Shown: positions 1-7,694, counted from the stretch's first letter. The stretch is DNA of 25,559 nucleotides from a virus (IMGVR_UViG_3300032221_000131:1-25559), one strand, 5' to 3'. A program made the numbers and translations. The notes: generated from the letters alone by a model not told the origin.

Positions 1-123
1 GCTCCTATGATCCATTCTGGCAGAGGTATGGGTAAACCTGATAACGGTTTCCGTGATCTGCTTAAACATATGAAGAAGGGAAATAATAAAGGTATAACGA
101 GGAGCACCATAAACACATTTTAG
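1..123 (+). CDS. 3' end of small protein (FmdB-like regulatory protein typical upstream of phoH in T4-like phages), partial
   Basis: Frame 1 reads APMIHSGRGMGKPDNGFRDLLKHMKKGNNKGITRSTINTF then TAG (121-123); the KPDxGFRDLL...STINT tail is recalled from such phage proteins. Confidence 0.5.
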   Translation, partial: APMIHSGRGMGKPDNGFRDLLKHMKKGNNKGITRSTINTF

Positions 124-133
124 TAGGGGTATA

Positions 134-889
134 ATGCAAGAAGAAAAAACAACAAGATTAACCCGTAGAGAAAAAAGACTTCTTCGCCAAAAAGGAAAAA
201 CACCCGAGAATTATCAAGAAAAAATAAATTTTAATCTTAAACATTTTAATCCTTTAACAGAGAATCAAAAACTAGCATTCGATTCTTTTAAAGATGATAA
301 AAACTTAATGCTTCATGGTATTGCCGGAACAGGTAAATCGTTCATGGCATTATACCTTTCGCTTAAACAAATATTAAACGATCCAGATTGTATCTATAAA
401 AAGATTGTTATTGTAAGATCCGTTGTTCCTACCAGAGACATGGGATTTCTTCCTGGTAGCGATAGAGAAAAGACTAAAGTATACGAAGCACCTTATTATG
501 CCATCTGTACTGAATTATTTGGTAGAGGTGATTCGTACGAGTATATGAAAAAGAAAAACGTAATAGAGTTTATATCCACATCATTCATTCGTGGTATAAC
601 TCTTAACGATTGTATTGTTATTGTTGATGAAATGCAGAATGCTACTCTACACGAGTTAGATTCTGTAATCACACGTATTGGTCATAACTGTAAAGTTGTG
701 TTCTGTGGAGACTTTAGACAGTCTGACTTTACAAGAGAACACGAACGTAACGGTTTAACTGACTTCATGCGTGTTGTTAAGAATATGAGATCATTCGATC
801 TTATAGAATTCGAAGCAAAAGATATCGTTCGTTCTGCTCTCGTTAAAGAATATATTATTCTTAAAGACAAGATGAGGATAATAACTTAG
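134..889 (+). CDS. phoH: PhoH-like ATPase
   Basis: PLTENQ Q-motif, Walker A GIAGTGKS, MGFLPG, FIRGITL, DEMQN, TRIG, GDFRQSD, DIVRS. Confidence 0.95.
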   Translation: MQEEKTTRLTRREKRLLRQKGKTPENYQEKINFNLKHFNPLTENQKLAFDSFKDDKNLMLHGIAGTGKSFMALYLSLKQILNDPDCIYKKIVIVRSVVPTRDMGFLPGSDREKTKVYEAPYYAICTELFGRGDSYEYMKKKNVIEFISTSFIRGITLNDCIVIVDEMQNATLHELDSVITRIGHNCKVVFCGDFRQSDFTREHERNGLTDFMRVVKNMRSFDLIEFEAKDIVRSALVKEYIILKDKMRIIT

Positions 890-897
890 GAGGATTT

Positions 898-1641
898 GTG
901 TCAAAAGATAAAAAGAAAAGATATCGTTCGATCTTTATATCTGATGTACATCTTGGAACTCGTCACTCTAACGCCGAAAGATTATTAGAATTTCTTAAAT
1001 CTACTGAAGCTGATAGGTATTATCTTATTGGAGATATTATAGATGGTTGGATGATGAGAAAGAAAGTTTACTGGCCACAAACACACAATAACGTGGTTCA
1101 ATTCTTTTTGAAACAATCTAAAAAGGATATTAACATAATTTACGTAACTGGTAATCATGATGAGTTTCTTAGAGAATATTCCGGAACTGAGATGGGTAAC
1201 ATCCAAATTGTAGATAATGTTATACATACTGGCGTTGATGGTAAACGATATCTTGTTATACATGGAGATCAGTTTGATATTGTTACTATGAACGCGAAAT
1301 GGCTCGCCTATATTGGTGGATGGTTATATGATTGCATGATATCTCTTAATGTTAAATTACAGTGGATATATGCTAAATTAAATATTAGAGGATTCTCTTT
1401 ATCTACTTGGGCAAAAAGCTCTGTTAAAGAAGCAGTAAACTTTATTGGAGACTACGAAAAAGTTGTTGCTGACTATGCAAAGAAAAGATGTGTAGATGGG
1501 ATTATATGTGGTCATATTCATCACGCTAATATATGTGATGTTAATAATATTAAATATATGAACACAGGCGATTGGGTAGAATCCTGTACCGCAATCGTTG
1601 AATACGACAACGGAAAGTTTGAGATTATAAGGAAACTCTAA
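898..1641 (+). CDS. Metallophosphoesterase of the PlcP/LpxH-like family (PlcP-like phospholipase C)
   Basis: SDVHLG, GDIIDGW, YWPQTHN, GNHD, HGDQFD, CGHIH, NTGDWVES; GTG start after AGGAGG; GNHD rather than the LpxH GNRD; directly upstream of a GT4 gene. Confidence 0.85.
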   Translation: MSKDKKKRYRSIFISDVHLGTRHSNAERLLEFLKSTEADRYYLIGDIIDGWMMRKKVYWPQTHNNVVQFFLKQSKKDINIIYVTGNHDEFLREYSGTEMGNIQIVDNVIHTGVDGKRYLVIHGDQFDIVTMNAKWLAYIGGWLYDCMISLNVKLQWIYAKLNIRGFSLSTWAKSSVKEAVNFIGDYEKVVADYAKKRCVDGIICGHIHHANICDVNNIKYMNTGDWVESCTAIVEYDNGKFEIIRKL

Positions 1642-2630
1642 TGAATATAACTATATTCACAGACGCTTGGGATCCACAGATCAATGGTGTGGTTACTACG
1701 TTAAAAACTACGCTAAAACATCTTTAATCCCGTGGACATAATGTTAAAGTAATTCATCCTGGGTTGTATAAACTTACAATACCATTACAACCATCAACTG
1801 GAATTTTTATGCCACTTTTGCCTATGGGTATCGCTGATGAAGAAGTGAAGAATTCTGACAAGATTCACATTTCAACAGAAGGAGCAATAGGTCTTGCCGC
1901 TAGATATTCTTGCAAGAAATACGGAAAGAAGTTTACAACATCCTTTCATACTAAATATCCGGAATACGTTAAGATTCATACTGGTATATCACCAAGAGTT
2001 AGCGGTGAATATTTTCGTTGGTTCCATAGAGACAGCAGTGCTGTTATGGTTACAACCCCCTCAATGGTTGATTATTGTAAAGAGTTGGGTATTAAACATC
2101 TAAAACTTTGGTCACGTGGTGTTGATACAAAATTATTTCATCCAATGTATCCTAAACCAAAGAGCGGCAATATATCTGCAGTGTATTGTGGTCGAATTTC
2201 AGCAGAAAAGAATATAGAAGCATTTCTTTCCATAGATAATCCATCAATTAGTAAAACTCTTATTGGCGACGGTCCACAGTTGGAAGAATATAAAACAAAA
2301 TATCCTGATGCAATTTTCTTAGGTAAAATGGATGCTAAAAGAATTGCTCAAGAGTTACCTAAACATGATGTGTTTGCTTGGCCTTCGCTAACAGATACGT
2401 TTGGTCTTGTTGTATTAGAGGGAATGGCTTGTGGACTACCTGTTGCTGCATTCGATAACGAAGTTAATCGTTACATTATTGAAGATGGTGTTTCTGGCTT
2501 CTTAGTAAAAGAACATTTAGAATTAGCAATTGAAGATGCTATACATTTAAGACCAGAAGACGCTGTTGCGAGAGCAGCAAAATTTTCTTGGGAATCTGCA
2601 ACAGACCAGTTTTTGGAGAACATATCTTGA
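1641..2630 (+). pseudogene. GT4 (GT-B) glycosyltransferase, Agt/monoglycosyl-DAG synthase-like, interrupted by in-frame TAA at 1725-1727
   Basis: ATG at 1641 overlaps the upstream stop (TAATG) and reads MNITIFTDAWDPQINGVVTTLKTTLKHL*SRGHNVKVIHP, in frame with ORF 1764..2630 (TEGAIG, FHTKYPEY, WSRGVD, GRISAEKN, PSLTDTFGLVVLEGMACGLPV). Confidence 0.85.
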
Positions 2631-3280
2631 CAGCAAAAACATTTTTCGTTCCTCAATATTGGCCATCTCCGGTTTACGGAAAGATTTATAATTTCCACTA
2701 CGTAACTGTAGATAAATCTATGCCAGATCTAATAGTAAAGTTTGTTCTATCTGACGATAAAAAAGACATTCTTTATGTTGATTATGATGCTGCTGGTAAA
2801 TGGGTTGACACTTGGTATATGAGATATATTCCTGGTCAAGGTTTAATGGAATGGAGAGATGATTATCCAGAGGGTGGATGGATTACTGGTCGTAAGAAAG
2901 TAGTAATGAATCCTGGAATTGGTTGGGGAGAATTTGGAACAATCGGCAGTTTCTATAAGAATAATCCAAAAATGAATCCTTTATCTTCTAATCCACCTCA
3001 GTTTATGACAGGTACACAGACAGTTATTTGGGAATCTTGGTTACCAGAAATGACTCTCAGTAATGGTGATAAATATACTGACATTGTAACAATGGTATAC
3101 CAGCAGTCTTGGGGAAAGAAAACTTCTGGTGCTCGTTATTATATGGCAAAGGGAATTGGTCCCATTGCACTTAATTGGATTGCTCCTGATCCAAACAAGC
3201 CAGGTAACTTTATTACTACGGCTCGTATGGATGCGAAATATACGGTGATAGATGGCTACCAGAAAAATATTCAAACATAA
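2627..3280 (+). CDS. Hypothetical Trp/Gly/Tyr-rich protein
   Basis: Probable TTG start at 2627 (TTGA overlap with the GT4 stop, GGAGA upstream); long open frame; no motif recognised. Confidence 0.7.
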   Translation: MTAKTFFVPQYWPSPVYGKIYNFHYVTVDKSMPDLIVKFVLSDDKKDILYVDYDAAGKWVDTWYMRYIPGQGLMEWRDDYPEGGWITGRKKVVMNPGIGWGEFGTIGSFYKNNPKMNPLSSNPPQFMTGTQTVIWESWLPEMTLSNGDKYTDIVTMVYQQSWGKKTSGARYYMAKGIGPIALNWIAPDPNKPGNFITTARMDAKYTVIDGYQKNIQT

Positions 3281-3911
3281 TCTAGTTCCTGAGATTGATA
3301 TTACTACAGAAACAATTGACGGTAAAAGATATTATGTGTTACCGAGTGGAGAGAAATTTCGCTCGGTAACAACTGTTTTGTCAGATAAGTTAGATAAAAC
3401 TGCTCTACTAGAATGGAGAAAAAAGGTTGGCGAAGCTGAAGCTCAAAAGATTTCTACACAAGCTGCTCGTCGTGGAACCGCCGTACATTCGATCGCAGAA
3501 CGTTATGTCCTCAATGAAGAGAACTATCTTCGGGATTCTATGCCTTCTGGAATTGATTCTTTTAAAAGTATTCAAACGCTTTTAGATAAACACGTAGATA
3601 ATATTCTTGGTATTGAAACTCCTCTTTATTCTGTTGCTTTAAAAACAGCTGGACGTTGTGATCTTATTGCAGAGTTCGACGGAGTTCCTTCAGTGATTGA
3701 CTTTAAGACTTCCCGTAAACTTAAAAAAGAAGAATGGATCGAGTCCTATTTCCTTCAGACAACGGTTTATTCTATGATGTTTGAGTGGATATATAAAATA
3801 GCTATTCCTCAAATTGCTGTGATGATAGCTGTGGATCATGAAGAACCACAGCTTTTTGTAAAAGATAGAAAACAATATGTTGATAAAGTATTAGAGATCT
3901 TTACGAGTTAG
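3252..3911 (+). CDS. PD-(D/E)XK (RecB/Cas4-like) exonuclease
   Basis: RYYVLPSG, SVTTVL, RGTAVH, AGRCD, IDFKTS, YFLQ motifs typical of T4-like phage exonucleases. Confidence 0.88.
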   Translation: MATRKIFKHNLVPEIDITTETIDGKRYYVLPSGEKFRSVTTVLSDKLDKTALLEWRKKVGEAEAQKISTQAARRGTAVHSIAERYVLNEENYLRDSMPSGIDSFKSIQTLLDKHVDNILGIETPLYSVALKTAGRCDLIAEFDGVPSVIDFKTSRKLKKEEWIESYFLQTTVYSMMFEWIYKIAIPQIAVMIAVDHEEPQLFVKDRKQYVDKVLEIFTS

Positions 3912-4025
3912 TTCCACATAACTATAATCATCATCAGTAGAGTAAACTACCTTCTTAATTTTAAAATGATTGATTGCCATACGACGAGTGAACGCCATAA
4001 ACTTTTCGTCGCGAGGATTTATCAT
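3891..4025 (-). pseudogene. 44-aa ORF, probable internally deleted CMP/dCMP-type deaminase remnant
   Basis: MINPRDEKFMAFTRRMAINHFKIKKVVYSTDDDYSYVELTRKDL: deaminase-like N-terminal helix joined directly to an IKKVVYST C-terminal strand; no HAE or PCxxC. Confidence 0.55.
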
Positions 4026-4031
4026 AATATA

Positions 4032-4060
4032 ATTATACTACATTAAAAAAAATCAAACAA
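4032..4060 (-). promoter_or_regulatory. sigma70-like early promoter TTGTTT-17-TATAAT
   Basis: -10 at 4037-4032 and -35 at 4060-4055, just upstream of ATG 4025. Confidence 0.5.
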
Positions 4061-4178
4061 AATATTTTTTCGAACTTATCTCGATTATTGTATTACACGT
4101 TTGTATTGTTGTATTCGAATAAGTATCTAAACAAATAACATTCGAAACAGGAACAACAATTATCTCTACGTTACACAT
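4053..4178 (-). CDS. 41-aa small ORF translationally coupled to the upstream structural-type gene
   Basis: TAATG overlap; MCNVEIIVVPVSNVICLDTYSNTTIQTCNTIIEISSKKYFV. Confidence 0.4.
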   Translation of the reverse strand: MCNVEIIVVPVSNVICLDTYSNTTIQTCNTIIEISSKKYFV

Positions 4179-4555
4179 TAACGAGTTACCTCACCATAAA
4201 CGGTGACTTCTCCGTAGACTAATTTAGAGACATTAGAGCTTCCATCAATAAGTTCTAAATCATAAACATATTTTGTTCTTGGAGGCATTCCATTATCCAT
4301 ATCAACATGAATATTAGCTGTTCTTGCTGCTGATAATAGTAATGATACTGTAGAAGTGGATGTGTTGATTGAAATCTCGCTATTTGCTGTAGAGAGACTT
4401 TCAGTGACCGTATTTGATTGATAAGAAGGTCTAATCTGCATACGTGCAGTATAACCAGAAAGACTTTTCAAAGCACCGTTAGATTGTTTTAAGGTAAGAT
4501 TGAGCGAGAAAGTATCGCCCTGATTCATGTCAATATTATATTTGTTATTTGGCAT
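4178..4555 (-). CDS. Virion structural adaptor-type beta-sandwich protein (BppU N-terminal/LtfC-like)
   Basis: NIDMNQGDTF, LSGYTARMQIR, YVYDLEL, GEVTVYGEVTR pattern; late promoter upstream. Confidence 0.65.
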   Translation of the reverse strand: MPNNKYNIDMNQGDTFSLNLTLKQSNGALKSLSGYTARMQIRPSYQSNTVTESLSTANSEISINTSTSTVSLLLSAARTANIHVDMDNGMPPRTKYVYDLELIDGSSNVSKLVYGEVTVYGEVTR

Positions 4556-4580
4556 GTTACGACCTTCTAGAAGTTTTTAA

Positions 4581-4588
4581 TATTTATA
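4581..4588 (-). promoter_or_regulatory. T4-type late promoter TATAAATA inside an inverted repeat (4561-4602)
   Basis: Exact TATAAATA on the - strand, intergenic, about 25 nt upstream of ATG 4555. Confidence 0.75.
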
Positions 4589-4607
4589 TATCTAGAATGG
4601 TCTATTT

Positions 4608-5408
4608 TTAGTCTAAGAACATAACCAAACACTTACATGCGCCACCAGACTTCATAAATTCTGACATATTAAACTGACGAACATAGAACCTTAAATCTTC
4701 TAATTTGCCCATAACAGATTTACATCTTGGCATAAACACGTTATTCTTAATGATAACAGCATTACAACAGAAAGTCAGTGCTTCTTCTTCTGTAACTTCG
4801 ATAGAAAGTTTCTTTACAGTATTCTTACGGATCTTCTCCTGAGATTCTTCAGAGAACGCTCCAGGATACCATAATACTCCACCACCATTCTTCAATGGCA
4901 TGAAGCAAGTATCTAGATGATAGAATCGAGGATCTACCATTTCTAAATGTTTAGCGTTATGGAATTCTGTAAAAGGAAAAGTATTCTTAACTTTACGATC
5001 AGACCTAAAACCATGTCCAAACCAGTGTATATGATCTTCGCCTTTTAATAGGTCGCCCTCACCTTCATAGTGTATCTTAGGTTGACACACCGCATAGCCG
5101 TTCATAATAAACCAGCTAATGAAGTGCTCTTCTTCGCCTGTGCGCTCTTTGTTTCTAAACTTAGAGACATAGACCATATTATGTTTTCTTTTAAAGAAAC
5201 CAGCGTTGGCGGTAAAGACCATATCAGGGAGTCCTGGATATGGATCGATCAATTTAATATTAATCACACCACCAATACAACTATAAAGATCATGCCATTG
5301 ACTATACGCTAATTCTTGATCTACTCTACCAGAATTACCAGTCATCCATGGATTGATGTCATACGAAACATCAAAATATTTTGGTTCACACATTAATATA
5401 TTTCTCAT
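4608..5408 (-). CDS. Amidinotransferase / dimethylargininase / arginine deiminase-superfamily (pentein) enzyme
   Basis: YDINPWM, LPDMVFTANAG, EGEGD, FYHLDTCF, SEFMKSGGACKC (catalytic Cys); true start ATG 5408, since the longer ORF runs into the tRNA. Confidence 0.88.
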   Translation of the reverse strand: MRNILMCEPKYFDVSYDINPWMTGNSGRVDQELAYSQWHDLYSCIGGVINIKLIDPYPGLPDMVFTANAGFFKRKHNMVYVSKFRNKERTGEEEHFISWFIMNGYAVCQPKIHYEGEGDLLKGEDHIHWFGHGFRSDRKVKNTFPFTEFHNAKHLEMVDPRFYHLDTCFMPLKNGGGVLWYPGAFSEESQEKIRKNTVKKLSIEVTEEEALTFCCNAVIIKNNVFMPRCKSVMGKLEDLRFYVRQFNMSEFMKSGGACKCLVMFLD

Positions 5409-5424
5409 ATGACATCCTAAAGTT

Positions 5425-5499
5425 TGGAGCGGGTAACAGGATTCGAACCTGCGACGAACAGCTTGGAAGGCTGACACTCTACCCCTGAGTTATACCCGC
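5425..5499 (-). tRNA. tRNA-Gly(TCC)
   Basis: GCGGGTA acceptor stem pairs with TACCCGC; anticodon loop CTTCCAA; GGTTCGAATCC T-arm; encoded CCA. Confidence 0.95.
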
Positions 5500-6111
5500 T
5501 TAATCTAATCTTAAACCCGTTAAAGAGTTTTCGTCTCCAATATCACCTTTCAAAAAGGTATTAAAGGACAAACTAATTCTTGTTTCTTTTGATTCTGTTA
5601 CTGAAACATCGTGAGTTAATCTAGAAGGAAAGATTAATAGTTTTCCCGTCTTGGCAGATAACCACATTGAACCCGTATTATAATCCGAACCTTCCTTAGT
5701 AGGAACGTCTAAACAAAACCCAGACCACTCTCTATGAAAATTTATTTTATCACTAGATCCATCAGCATTAAAATATAAAACCCCTGACAAATAACTATTA
5801 GGATGAGCGTGTCTATGATGAAATTCTCCTGGCTTTGTATAATTAAACCAAGATTGCGTTATGTATGGATATATTATATTTTGCGGTTTAATAATATTGT
5901 CGATATAATAATTAACGTGAACCATTACGAAATCTCTAATGGATTTCATAGATTCATGTTCTAAAATTGTTCTATTTTTGCTTGTCAAGTTCCCCATATT
6001 TTTCGTGCATTCTTTTCCGCACTCATCTACAAACTTTAATTCTTCTAAAGTAAAATCTCTATTAAGATGGTTTTCTATGACAGCTGTAGGAAATACAGAA
6101 TGAAGTTCCAT
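5500..6111 (-). CDS. 2OG-Fe(II) oxygenase (TIGR02466-like)
   Basis: VFPT start, QSWFN, HRHAHPNSYLSGVLY, LIFPSRLTHDV, RISLSFN; ATG at 6111. Confidence 0.85.
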   Translation of the reverse strand: MELHSVFPTAVIENHLNRDFTLEELKFVDECGKECTKNMGNLTSKNRTILEHESMKSIRDFVMVHVNYYIDNIIKPQNIIYPYITQSWFNYTKPGEFHHRHAHPNSYLSGVLYFNADGSSDKINFHREWSGFCLDVPTKEGSDYNTGSMWLSAKTGKLLIFPSRLTHDVSVTESKETRISLSFNTFLKGDIGDENSLTGLRLD

Positions 6112-6116
6112 AATAA

Positions 6117-6224
6117 TTATCCAAATTGATAAAGGTCTTGTAGAACAAATCCAGAAATAATCATCAAAAGAAAGAAACAAACGATCTTAATAATTGCTGA
6201 TGTTCTATGTTGATTATAATCCAT
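6117..6224 (-). CDS. 35-aa small membrane protein
   Basis: AAAGGA RBS; MDYNQHRTSAIIKIVCFFLLMIISGFVLQDLYQFG with one hydrophobic helix; fills the gap between the tRNA and the oxygenase gene. Confidence 0.55.
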   Translation of the reverse strand: MDYNQHRTSAIIKIVCFFLLMIISGFVLQDLYQFG

Positions 6225-6238
6225 AAAAAATCCTTTAG

Positions 6239-6314
<76 letters not shown>

Positions 6315-6320
6315 ATTATT

Positions 6321-6752
6321 TTAATAGGCAGGACGCCAACAACTCTGAACCAAATCAGCGCCCCCAAAAAGTTGTCCGAAAAGATCATATGGATCAACAT
6401 ACATAGCACATCCATTAGGACTAGATGCAACTGGAACATTCGTAGGATATCCAGGAGGAGAATATATATTAGATGCCTCTGGAGTTGGAACGTAATTATA
6501 TGTAGGAACCATAGGTACTGGTCTAATAGGAACTGGTACCGGAACAGGAATTGTTGAACTTATTGGTCCTGGCCCAGCTGGAACGTATTCCACTGCGTAA
6601 GGAGGAGGAACTACTACTGGCTGAACTACTTTCTTTATAACTCTTTTTGGTTGTACGTAAGTAATCCTGCAGTTATTACAAACGTCAATATTATCTTGAG
6701 CGTAAGCAGGAACTGTTAGGAGAATAGCGAGAGTTAATAGAATTTTTTTCAT
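6321..6752 (-). CDS. Secreted Pro/Val-rich protein with signal peptide
   Basis: MKKILLTLAILLTVPAYA-Q signal; CNNC, Pro-rich linker and C-terminal Cys pair; start ATG 6752. Confidence 0.7.
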   Translation of the reverse strand: MKKILLTLAILLTVPAYAQDNIDVCNNCRITYVQPKRVIKKVVQPVVVPPPYAVEYVPAGPGPISSTIPVPVPVPIRPVPMVPTYNYVPTPEASNIYSPPGYPTNVPVASSPNGCAMYVDPYDLFGQLFGGADLVQSCWRPAY

Positions 6753-6753
6753 T

Positions 6754-7059
6754 TTACCACCCGTAGTAATAACCACCATTACCGTAATAATTATAGTAAG
6801 GAGTATTAGCATATGGATAAGAACGTCCATAATACTTAGGATAAGCGTAAGGATTATAATATGGGCCATATCCGTAACCATATCCACCGCCAGCTAATCC
6901 ACCAATAATTCCGCCAAGTAACGCACCACCAGCCAATGCTCCTAGATAAGCACCACCGTATCCGTATCCACCATAACCATATCCCCAAGCATTAGCTGGA
7001 GCGATGGTAGCAAAAGTAAGACCAAAAACTGTAAGTAACACAAGTAGCTTCTTTTTCAT
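6754..7059 (-). CDS. Secreted Gly/Tyr-rich low-complexity protein (glycine-zipper, BA14K-like style)
   Basis: Signal peptide MKKKLLVLLTVFGLTFATIAPANA, GYG repeats, GALAGGALLGGIIGG; GGAG RBS. Confidence 0.75.
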   Translation of the reverse strand: MKKKLLVLLTVFGLTFATIAPANAWGYGYGGYGYGGAYLGALAGGALLGGIIGGLAGGGYGYGYGPYYNPYAYPKYYGRSYPYANTPYYNYYGNGGYYYGW

Positions 7060-7105
7060 CTTTTATCTCCATAAGAAATGGGCTAACCTTTGGCCCACAC
7101 GAGTC

Positions 7106-7113
7106 TATTTATA
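7106..7113 (-). promoter_or_regulatory. T4-type late promoter TATAAATA
   Basis: Exact motif between tRNA-Asn and the secreted-protein genes, followed by a TGGGC...GCCCA leader hairpin. Confidence 0.65.
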
Positions 7114-7128
7114 GCGACCAACCTATAG

Positions 7129-7204
7129 TGGCTCCCCGAGAAGGACTCGAACCTCCGACCCAGGCATTAACAGTGCCTTGCTCTACCAGCTGAGCTATCG
7201 GGGA
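7129..7204 (-). tRNA. tRNA-Asn(GTT)
   Basis: TCCCCGA...TCGGGGA acceptor stem, anticodon loop CTGTTAA, GGTTCGAGTCC, CCA end. Confidence 0.95.
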
Positions 7205-7233
7205 ATAAAGGGGGATCGCACCTCCCTTTATTT
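7205..7233 (-). terminator. Hairpin (terminator-like or processing site) between the HTH gene and tRNA-Asn
   Basis: ATAAAGGGAG-GTGCGAT-CCCCCTTTAT inverted repeat directly after the stop codon. Confidence 0.55.
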
Positions 7234-7235
7234 TA

Positions 7236-7499
7236 TTAAATACCAGCAGCTAGTGCACGATAACCAGCAGCGATCAAAGAACGTGATGGCTTACCTGCAC
7301 GATACTTCTGTGTAACTTCACCCTTTGAGTTCTTACGGTCATTAAGATAGATAGCATAACCCATACGACGGATCTGATAAACAGCATCATGCGGATTAGC
7401 AACACCATAACGAGAAGTGATTTGCGAAGCAGTTAGCTCCTCACCACGTTCTACGAGAGCAGTAAAAACCTTCTCAACTTGAGTAGCATTAGCAACCAT
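7236..7499 (-). CDS. Small winged-HTH-like DNA-binding protein conserved in T4-like phages
   Basis: GEELTASQITSRYGVANP...YAIYLN...YRAGKPSR; GGAGA RBS before ATG 7499. Confidence 0.7.
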   Translation of the reverse strand: MVANATQVEKVFTALVERGEELTASQITSRYGVANPHDAVYQIRRMGYAIYLNDRKNSKGEVTQKYRAGKPSRSLIAAGYRALAAGI

Positions 7500-7520
7500 T
7501 ATATATTTCTCCATATTGTA

Positions 7521-7694
7521 TTAAAAGATGTCGACAACTCGACCATTCGAATCAACTGCACGAATCCGAGCATTCGGAAACTGCCATTGCAGCTGACGCA
7601 TCCCATCCCGATAGAGGAGTGGAATATTTTGAGTGCACGAATATGTACGCCAATTACCAGATTCGTCTTGAAGTTGGATTTCGATCATATTCAT
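7521..7694 (-). CDS. Hypothetical protein
   Basis: GGGAGA RBS; IEIQLQDESGNWRTY...RIRAVDSNGRVVDI. Confidence 0.65.
   Translation of the reverse strand: MNMIEIQLQDESGNWRTYSCTQNIPLLYRDGMRQLQWQFPNARIRAVDSNGRVVDIF

Noticed and set aside
898-1641. Annotation as lipid A enzyme LpxH
   Set aside because: It has GNHD rather than GNRD and a GT4 neighbour, which fit the PlcP-like subgroup better; phylogeny is still needed.
1725-1727. Stop-codon reassignment as an explanation for the internal TAA
   Set aside because: TAA, TAG and TGA all terminate conserved genes at expected positions (regA and gp45 TAA, phoH TAG, gp44 TGA), and no suppressor tRNA is present in the window.
3252-3911. CRISPR-Cas system suggested by a Cas4-like nuclease
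   Set aside because: No repeat-spacer array or other cas genes were seen, the Fe-S cysteine set is absent, and this is a common T4-like exonuclease.
5409-5477. N-terminal extension of the amidinotransferase ORF (and ORF 6207..6557)
   Set aside because: These frames run through tRNA-Gly and tRNA-Thr and are artefacts of longest-ORF calling.
6753-6887. Extended start of ORF 6321..6887
   Set aside because: It overlaps the Gly/Tyr-rich gene in another frame; a clean signal peptide begins at ATG 6752.
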